DNA from: Hormiphora californensis
Taxonomy: Eukaryota; Animalia; Ctenophora
Assembly (NCBI GenBank): GCA_020137815.1
Contig: CM035360.1
Span: 4,402,001-4,466,000, forward strand
Length of the DNA stretch: 64,000 bases
Direction of reading: 5' to 3'
Shown here: in pieces, positions 54,879 to 64,000 of the stretch
Layout: every line of letters begins with the position of its first letter
Position numbering within the stretch: the stretch's first letter is position 1
Translations under genes and position numbers: made by a program
The notes under the pieces: model-generated
Told to the model about the DNA's origin: nothing
Database searches by the model: none
What the model saw: only the letters and a program-made list of their open reading frames with translations

Positions 54879-55256
54879 TGTAGTGGCGGCAATAGGTTCA
54901 GCTAGTCACTAGACGACAAGGGGGAGTTTTATAGGTTCAGCTAATTGATACAACAAGGAGGGAGGTTTAGACGCCAAAAATATGAAATATGAATCTATGC
55001 ATTCTAAACTAACGGCTCATTTCGCGACTTTTTATACCGACTCCTGGGAGAGAAAGGGCTAGAAAAATAGAGTGAGCCAGCTTGAGAAAAAGAGTGGGGC
55101 TACCAAGACGCGGCGAGGAGCGAGCTATTTAGCGTGCACTTTATAATAGTTTTCAATTGTATATATGCTAGCTGAAAACCACCTGAGATTTAGACCGAGT
55201 ATACCCAGTATTTTTCATCTAAATTATATCATCCCCTCTCTAGGTAACATTGTTAA

Positions 55257-55706
55257 AGGTTGACAAGATACCTAAAACTTTTCGTATATCGTCTTATTTT
55301 GATTTATCATTAATTTTCAGCATTTTATCAGAATTTTTTGTCGGCTAGAAATATGTGCAAAATAGGGGGTCTACTGACAAATGAGTGTGCCTTTTTTAAA
55401 ATTGATAACGTAATATCTCCGGTTCCTGATGAGATACAGAAACCGTTTTGGTAGCGTTGGAAAGGTCTTATTGAGACCAATCCAATGCAACCAAGATCAA
55501 GTCTTTATCTTTTGAGGAACCGGAAACGTGAATTTCAATTTGCGAGACGCAGTGAGTGTGCCCAGTAAAACCAGTGCTGACAATATCGGTAGACCCCCTA
55601 TTTCGAATTTTTTTCTAGCCGACAAAAAATTCTGAAAAAATGCTGAAAATTAATGATAAATCAAAATAAGACGATATACGAAAAGTTTTAGGTATCTTGT
55701 CAACCT
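55257..55706. mobile_element. Kolobok-like MITE between the divergent peptide gene and CPOX
   Basis: TTAA-AGGTTGACAAGATACC...GGTATCTTGTCAACCT-TTGA; ~120-bp inverted arms. Confidence 0.85.
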
Positions 55707-55822
55707 TTGAGTAAGATCCCCATTACTCAACAAGTATATTACTCAACAAATTTAAACTCTATTCTCTAAACCCCTGTTTTCTAACTAAAACTCTATTCTC
55801 TAAACCCATATTTTCTAGCCCG

Positions 55823-58252
55823 ATGGTACAGCAATCTACTATGGAGGAGCAGTTCATGGCGGAGCCTATAACGGATAGAGCTGAGTTAAAGGAGATGTCT
55901 GTAGGGGGCAAGGAGGGGGCCAAGATACCCGCTCAGATGGAACTTTACATAATGGGCCTTCAGGTAAGATGTTGCCTAGCTAGACTCTGTTTCTGTAAAG
56001 GAGGGTTAGAGCATATCAGGTAAGATATACATGGTTGGACCCCGATTTACCGGGAGGATAAATTTCCCACGAGATGGTAAGGGATTAGAAACTCGATGTG
56101 AGAAGCGGGTGGAAGGAGTAGTATAGGATGAAATACCGGCGACCACAAAGATGATAAACACGACGAGGGGGTCGGGGAACTCTCTCGTGGGTGTGCTATA
56201 TCGACATGGTCAAGCAACACTCATTACTGCGCTCATTACTGCACTGTAAACTATGGTGAACAGGCCTCCTTTTTATACTACTGAGTGCACATTTTTAATA
56301 TCGCTTTTGACAGGTTTATGAGGTGTGGGACACGTGCAGTGTGAGCTTATTGACAACCTAATGAACAGCTGCATCGGGGGGATAAAAAGGGTGCCATTTT
56401 AGTTTTATTAGTTTTATGATCCATCTATTGGCAATTGGCAGACGAAACGAAATACATATTAAGTAAGAAAAAGATACGCTCGGGAAGATATATTTTCCAA
56501 GGATTATTCAAAATCCCTTCTATCTTTCCATTCATTTTTTTCGTTATCCTTTGTCATACTACATGGCTGCAACATAACATACGCTGCAACCTTCGGCCCG
56601 GTTCGGAGAGTTATTTGTGAGACAAGTTATCCCTTATTTGCCCTGAACTCTATTAGCCCACTTATCTCTCACCCAATTCCATTGCAGAACCATGACAACT
56701 GTTCCACTGACCACTGACCATTGACCATTGACCACCCCATTATATTCCCCTCTAGACCGGTATACCATAAACTGAATTCCATGCCGCTCTCACCACCCCA
56801 TGTTCCCCTCTAGGCCCGGATCTGTAAGGCCCTCTCGGAGGTTGGGGAAACAGAATTTAAGGTGGATAGGTGGATCCGGGATCCCAATAAGTTGGATGGG
56901 AAACCTGGTGGAGGAGGTATTACATGCATAACACAGGGTGGTGCCATCTTCGAGAAAGCAGGTAACAATCCCTCACACTTTATTTTATTTCATAATGCGC
57001 TCTGTGATTATTATTCGCTTTCACTAAGATTTCACGCTCGAGATTTGGGGGTATTCAGACAGGTTTCACGTTCATTTCACACAGCTGAATAGTTTGAACA
57101 GGTCCCTAACCCCTACATTCTGCCCCCGATACAACATTATCATTTCATTATATTTTCAGGGGTCAATATATCGGTTGTTCATGGTCACTTGTCCGCACAG
57201 GCTGTCCAACAAATGAAGAGTAGAGGTAAGAACATGCAAAGGAAAATAATCGGGATAGGAAAATAAGGTTGTATGCACAAAATCGACGCTTAGCAAACTC
57301 TAAGGCCTAAGCGATGGTAAATTAAACATTTTCAATTGAATCATTAAATTTCCCTCTCTCTAATTTCATATTCTGATTCTATCATTATTTCCCTCTCTCT
57401 GATTTCATATTTACTTCATATCTACTTCATATTTACTTCATGTGTCTGTGTTATTACAGGTAAGGAGTTGTTTGGTGACAATGTCCCCTTTACTGCCATG
57501 GGTATCAGCAGTGTGATACACCCTGTAAACCCCTTCGTGCCTACCATCCACTTCAACTATAGATACTTCCAGGTTTGTGTACCACATGTACGGGTCACGT
57601 ACCACATGTACGTGTCACGTACCACATGTACGGGTCACGTACCATGACGTCAAGTACTATGACGTCACTACAACATAAACCACGTCAAAGACAGGTTTGT
57701 GTACTATGCGTGCAGCTGCACTTTCAGATGCTTTTGTTGTTTGTGTATGTGATGGCCGATGATAGTTTTGGTACAGTCGGACCTCGATTTACCGGACAAA
57801 TCCTTTCTAACGTTTCCGGAGTATCCCGGTAAATCGGGGTCCGACTGTATTTCCTTTTTATAAAGGTTGGGTAGAGGGTGGGCAGCAGTTGTTTATCTTT
57901 GTGTGTTGTGGGCCCCGGCCAGTGCTTCTAAGGAACTGTTTATCTTTATTATGTGGCAAATGTGCGTCTCTTTTTCGTGTCTCTTCCTTGCCTGTCCTTC
58001 CCCTTTCTTTCCAGATGTCTAGTAGACATACGGAGAGAGTAGGCATTGCTCACCCTATCACATGTGAAATGACAATGACCAAGACCCTAGACCAGTAGAC
58101 CAAGGTTTTGAATGTGCCCCAACCTCTCATCTTTACCAGGTGACGCAGCCCGATGGTAGTTTACTGTGGTGGTTTGGTGGGGGAACGGATCTTACCCCGA
58201 CCTATCTCAACAGGGAGGATGCCACACACTTCCACAATACATTGAAGGTACA

Positions 58253-58343
<91 letters not shown>

Positions 58344-61300
58344 GGTGACTGTGATGTGGGCTAATGACTGTACTAGCACACTACAAACACAATTCATTGT
58401 CTCTCTTCTCATTGTTCCCTCATTCAATAAAGGACCGGATGATAGGGACAATAGTGCTATCCCATTGACAGTGACCCCCAAACTGACCTTAGGTTGACTC
58501 GAATATCTTCCATCGTTCTCCAAAAATATGCAATTCGGTTATTTCATAGTTCTCTAATATCTAACTGACAACTGTTTCAGACGGCATGCGACACGCACGA
58601 TGAATCATACTACCCCAAGTTTAAGAAGTGGTGTGATGAGTACTTTCACATAAAACACAGGGGAGAGTCTCGTGGCTTGGGTAAGTGCCAAATACATCTC
58701 CCTCCCCCTGCCCCGAATCATCAAACATCACCCCGTTTGAAATATTACTAGGCACACAAAATAGGGTAGTATGAAAGATTAGGTCGTGCGCGCCAAATGG
58801 CGCCATCATATTCGCCAAATGGCGCCACGTGGCGAACAAATGGCGCCATTTGGCGCCAAAATGTGGCGAGTGCGCACTATCGCCAAATGGCGCCATTTCT
58901 GGCGCCAAATGGCGCCAGTGGCGATCGCCATTCGCCAAATGTTGGCGACTCTTGGCGGTATCGCCACGTGGCGATGGTATGAAGTCTGAAAAAAAAACAT
59001 GCGCAAAATTTTTATCGCCAAATGGCGCCATTTGGCGCCATTAAGTGATCAGGAGATCAAGTCGCCAAATGGCGCCGTTTGGCGACATCTGGCGCCATTC
59101 GTCGCCAAATGGCGCCGTTTGGCGCCAATTGTCACAAAGTGGCGCCAAATGGCGCCATTCGGCGAATTTTTCGCCATATGGCGCCGTTTGGCGCCACTTG
59201 GCGATACTCATCGCCAAACATCGCCATTTGGCGCAAATTGTCGATGTATCAATAATATTTTTATTGGTTTTCAAAGTAGGACACTCGCCGTTCTGCGCCA
59301 CGTGGCGCCAACTGGCGATTAATTCGCCAAATGGCGCCGTTTGTCGCCATTTGGCGCCATATGGCGACAAATGTTTGTCAAACGATTGTCGCCATATGGC
59401 GCCATTTGTCGCCATTTGGCGCCTAACGTCGCCATTTGGCGCCTAACGTCGCCATTTGGCGCCTAACGTCGCCATTTGGCGCCAAATGTCGCCATATAGC
59501 GCCAAATTTTTGTCAAATGTTTGTCGCCATTTGGCGCCAAACGTCGCCATATGGCGCCATTTGTCGCCACTTGGCGCCGAACGTCGCCATTTGGCGCCAA
59601 ATGTCGCCATATAGCGCCAAATGGCGCCATATGGCGCAAAATGTTTGCCAAATGTTAGTCGCCATTTGGCGCCAAATGTCGCCATATGGTGCCAAACGTC
59701 GCCATTTGGCGCCAAATGTCGCCATATGGCGCCAAATTTTTGTCAAATATTTGGCGCCAAACGTCGCCATTTGTCGCCACTTGGCGCCGAACGTCGCCAT
59801 ATGGCGACATTTGGCGCCAAATGGCGACGTTCGGCGCCAAGTGGCGCCAGATGGCGACAAACATTTGACAAAAATTTGGCACCATATGGCGACATTTGGC
59901 GACATTTGGCGCCAGATGGCGACAAATGGCGACTAACATTTGACAAACAGTTTGCGCCATATGTCGCCACTTGGCGCCATATGGCGACATTTGGCGCCAA
60001 ATGGCGATGTTCGGCGCCAAGTGGCGCCATATGGCGACGTTTGGCGACAAACGTTTGACAAAAATTTGGCGCCAAATGGTGACGTTTGGCGCCAGATGGC
60101 GACATTTGGCGCCAAATGGCGACGTTTAGCGCCAACTGGCGACATTTGGCGCCGTTCGGCGCCAATTGGCGATTTTTTCATATGGCGCCATTTGGCGCGC
60201 ACGACTTAATCTTTCATACTACCCAAAATAGGGTATTATCCTCAGAGAGCTGATGTTGTTATTTAGAATTTCTGGAACCCCCCACATTCCAAATAACGTC
60301 ACGATTGTTATTCATTCCTTGTGATAATCACATTTTGCAGCCCGAGAAATACATTACAGTTGATCACGAGAAGAGACCCCTCCCCGCCATATTATACCAT
60401 CATGCTCAGTCGAGATGTTTCTAGAAAGGAGTGCTGTCAGGAACGCGCGGGTAGTAAAATTGGGAATTGGTCGCGCGCTGAAAACACATGCCCACGCAAA
60501 ACATCCCAGCTCAGTTTACACTTCACCCCCTCAAATTGAATTTGAAATTCAACTTAATAACAATCACTGCACAGCTAGCTACCAGTACCACTTGTAAGTT
60601 GTACCATACAGGGCATATAAAGGTGTCCAGAATATACGAACCCATGCACCAGTTTCCACTATAATAACCTTGTTGTATAACAAGATACTTCGTAACCATA
60701 ATCCTTCCCCACCTCCCATTCTTCATCTCTCTTTCTTCCAGGTCTCTATTTAGACCTCTCTTTAGATGTTTCATCCTTCCAGGTGGTGTGATTTTCAAAA
60801 CCTCATCTCTCATCCCCATCCCCCATCTCAAAACCTCATCCCCATCCCTCAACCCCATCTCTCAACCTCAAAACCCCATCCCCATCTCAAAACCTCATCT
60901 CTCATCCCCATCTCAAAACCCCATCTCCCAACCCCAACTCTCACCCCCATCTTCCACCCAGGTGGTATATTCTTTGATGACATGGACTACATACCAGCTG
61001 AGGATGCTCTTGCCTTTATCAAGACCTGTGGGGACGCTATAATACCATGTTATGTGCCCCTAGTGTCCCAACACAAGGGCGAGGAGTACAGTGAGTCTGA
61101 GGAACAGTGGAGGTTACTCCGTCGTGGCAGGTAGGACTGTTCTTTGTTGAGTAGTGGGTGGTAGGGCTGTTGTTTATTGGAATTGGGTGGTACAATATAG
61201 CTGTTGCAAACTCGCTCTCGTTACCATGTGCAGTACTAGGCTGTTATGGAGGTCTGCCTGTGTATTCAGGGGTTGGTAACGAAGTTACCCCTCCCTTGCC

Positions 61301-61606
61301 AGAGGGGTCATTTTGTAACCAAATTAAGGGGCTGGGTGTTTGGAAGATGGGTAGACGTATCAATTTTTGATTAGAGTAAGTTGTAATCATAACTATCAAC
61401 TCACCCCTCTCTCCAGGTATGTAGAGTTTAACCTGGTATATGATAGGGGTACAAAGTTTGGTCTGTATACCGAGAATGCCCGAATTGAAAGTATTCTGAT
61501 GTCCCTGCCCCTTACTGCCCGGTGGGAGTATATGAATCAGCCGGGGGAGAAAGAGGAGGAGCTTCTGGAGGTACTTAGAAATCCCATCGAGTGGGCCACT
61601 ACTTAG
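55823..61606 (+). CDS. CPOX: Oxygen-dependent coproporphyrinogen-III oxidase (8 exons)
   Basis: Exons 55823-55963, 56814-56961 (DRWIR...GGGITC...FEKAG), ~57160-57224 (VNISVVHG), ~57460-57572 ([17 protein letters not shown]), 58140-58247 ([11 protein letters not shown]), ~58581-58680 ([12 protein letters not shown]...RGESRGLG), ~60962-61130 (GIFFDD...RRGR), 61417-61606 ([16 protein letters not shown]...[10 protein letters not shown]). Confidence 0.95.
57774..57847. mobile_element. 74-bp mini-MITE with TA TSD in a CPOX intron
   Basis: TA-CAGTCGGACCTCGATTTACCGG...CCGGTAAATCGGGGTCCGACTG-TA. Confidence 0.85.
58255..58342. repeat. (GACA)n microsatellite
   Basis: Directly visible. Confidence 0.97.
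58765..60223. mobile_element. Merlin-like non-autonomous transposon filled with ~11-bp GGCGCC-containing subrepeats, in CPOX intron 6
   Basis: TIR GGTAGTATGAAAGATTAGGTCGTGCGCGCCAAATGGCGCCAT mirrored at the right end; 8-bp TSD CAAAATAG at 58757-58764 and 60224-60231; GG termini with an 8-bp TSD fit Merlin. Confidence 0.8.
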
Positions 61607-62878
61607 ATATTAGAGTTCCTGGTAGGACCCTGTTTTTTCTAGGACAAGATACGCTGTGATCAGATAAATATATGAGTATAAATTATAGCCCTGATTTAAT
61701 TTATACAACGCCCAATCTTTATATTTTTATGTGCTATAATATTGTAATTTTCCTTATTTATTCACCAATGAAACAATGAAATTATAACCGTCAACGACAA
61801 ACAACACGTCATGACGTCACTATGGCATAAACCACGTCAAAAAGATGGGGACACACGCCAGACATACAGCAATATATACCAATCTGTTGGGTGAGTTGAT
61901 CCGTTCTATGAAAATATAATCCCCCGTGGTGGCCCTCGCTGGTATAATCTAACTGAAAACACCAGCCCCCCTCCTCACCCCCTCCTAACTGGGGGTTTTC
62001 CATTTCGTTTCGTATATTGTAGCCCGTGTCAAGCACATTTGTAAGTACTGCGATCCCCCCCCCCCCGAGTTCACTGAAACCTGGCACGTGTACATATCGA
62101 ATTATGGATGTATTTATCATGTACTATTTGTCGTGGAGCAACAAGTCAGATAACAGTTGTATACAGCGTGTGATATGTCTCTGGTAATGCTACATTGGTC
62201 CTGCAAGGAGTCGATACGACTCGTATTACGCAGGACAGTCTTATGTTCCATTTCTTGTAATCTTGTTGGAATTATGGCTAGTAGTAAAGAGGTTGTTGAT
62301 GATTTTCCCGAAAGGGCATTCACCCGGATGATACTAGTTTAGCACGTGTCATTCAGGTAGAGACTAGAAATATGGGAATCCCCTTATCTATCCTCGTTCC
62401 CTGGTACCCCATAATATGATTCGAGCATTATACATGCATATCGTGTCTCCTTGCCCTCTGATCTGACTCCGGGTCGTCTAATATGGATCGTATTATCATC
62501 ATTCCTTTTTTAGTAGTCAGTGTATGTCGTTCGGATAGCTCTGGTTGTACTTCCAATTTTTCAGCTCGTCTCCGTCCTCTCCGCTCTCTCTCGTCTTCTC
62601 TGTCTTCCTCTTTCTGTCTCTCATCAGTTCTGTCTCTTCTCCACTCGTTCCTCGTTCTCATCGTTCATTCTCTCTGTATCTGATCTCCTCTCTCTTCCTT
62701 GCTCTCCGTACTCCCTTAATTCGCTTCTCATACGTCTCATTCTCTTCCTATCTCGGTGCTATCGTTTCATCACCGTCCTCTTTCTCTATCGTATCGTCTC
62801 GGAGCTCTACAGTCCATCCGAGTCTCTTCTCGTCTCCTCCTCCCCCTCTCCCGCGTCCTCTCTCTCATCCTCCCCTCT

Positions 62879-62914
<36 letters not shown>

Positions 62915-63399
62915 CTCTCTCACAATCTTTTTACCTTCCTCCCATTCTCACTACTCAACAAACGAATACACTACCCGCACCTCGTGTTTTTACATAGTAT
63001 AAAGATTTGTTTTGGTAAGCCGGAAGCCCCTGATGTTTTTGATGTTGGTGTTTGATGTTTTTTAATTAAAGATGAAAGTTTCATCTTGGTACCCCCTTGA
63101 GTTTGTTTCCCGTCTCAATCTTGGTTGACACAAGTATACCAGTAACATGCCTCCCTCCCCTCACCCAGCAACCCCCCCCCCCCCCCCCCCACCAGTAAAA
63201 TATGTCCAGTTGGTTTGACACCACCAGTAACATGCCCCCCTCCCCCGCCCAGCAACCCCCCCCCTCCCTCACCCAGTAAAATATGTCAAGTTGGTTTGAC
63301 ACCACCAGTACCAGTAACATGCCTCCCTCCCCCACCCAGCAACCCCCCCCCCCCCCCCCACTTGTTGAGTAACAAGTTACTCAACAACCCCCCCCCCAG

Positions 63400-63628
63400 T
63401 AAAATATGTCAAGTTGGTTTGACACCACCAGTACCAGTAGTTTCAGCAACTCTAGCTTCACCAGCTCTACAAAAGAGCTGTCTATACGGGTCCAGCCGAG
63501 ATCAGGACACAACCATGGTTCCAGTGACGATAGTTCTAGTGGGAGCGAGGGAGAGGATGATCTTTTTTCAATCAGCAGTGGAAATCAGGCAGCTCGTAGC
63601 AGTAGTGATATGTCAGCTTGCCATCGGA
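63400..63628 (+). CDS. Possible Ser-rich coding exon of a gene continuing beyond the window
   Basis: Open frame SSWFDTTSTSS...SSDDSSSGSEGEDDLFSISS ending at a GTAAGT donor; no recognisable domain. Confidence 0.3.
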
Positions 63629-63782
63629 TGTAAGTTGTGCGACGTGGTATCTTAACTTGCCATCGGATGTAAATTGGGGGAAAATAGGGACTCGTTCACG
63701 TATCTCGGATGTGTGACTCACATTACATGTGATATCACCTCGGCCTATTGTAGAAAAGATCTTTACTGCAATATGTCCATTG

Positions 63783-64000
63783 TCCCTAGTTAAAATAACG
63801 ATCTTCCCTGCTCTCCCTAGTTAAAATAACGATCTTCCCTGCTCTCCCTAGTTAAAATAACGATCTTCCCTGCTCTCCCTAGTTAAAATAACGATTTTCC
63901 CTGCTCTCCCTAGTTAAAAATAGGATCTTCCCTGCTCTCCCTAGTTAAAATAACGATCTTCCCTGCTGCCCCTAGTTAAAATAACAATCTTCCCTGCTCT
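63783..64000. repeat. 31-bp tandem minisatellite running off the window end
   Basis: Unit ctctccctagttaaaataacgatcttccctg, ~7 copies. Confidence 0.95.

Noticed and set aside
58621-60209. Many overlapping [10 protein letters not shown]-type ORFs
   Set aside because: Stop-poor translations of an ~11-bp GC-rich repeat in all frames.
62117-63055. Several overlapping ORFs near 62-63 kb
   Set aside because: Low-complexity CT-rich sequence; no coherent spliced model or domain could be built.

Overview
Intron-rich animal genomic DNA with GT-AG introns and very many (GA)n microsatellites, most likely a ctenophore (Pleurobrachia/Hormiphora-like). The assignment rests on a 36-nt match, from memory, to the ctenophore spliced-leader (SL) exon. 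Genes reconstructed by hand across introns: MYRF-like transcription factor (-, runs off the left edge), a ~21-kb repeat-rich region with no confident gene, INPP5F/SAC2 (-), PIGP (-), a 5'-truncated CRE-type non-LTR retrotransposon, NAGK (+) with a nested antisense secreted repeat+Sushi gene, a 70-aa three-exon neuropeptide-precursor-like gene (-), and CPOX (+). Features not visible in the ORF track: two convergent U1 snRNA genes inside an INPP5F intron; a 187-bp insertion flanked by a 14-bp direct repeat, in which the SL exon is fused to a hammerhead-ribozyme-like core; many palindromic non-autonomous DNA transposons; and intronic minisatellites built from splice signals. Two homopolymer-rich stretches (~11.4-12.6 kb, ~16.7-17.4 kb) look like low-quality sequence. 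All gene models are manual and unverified by transcripts.
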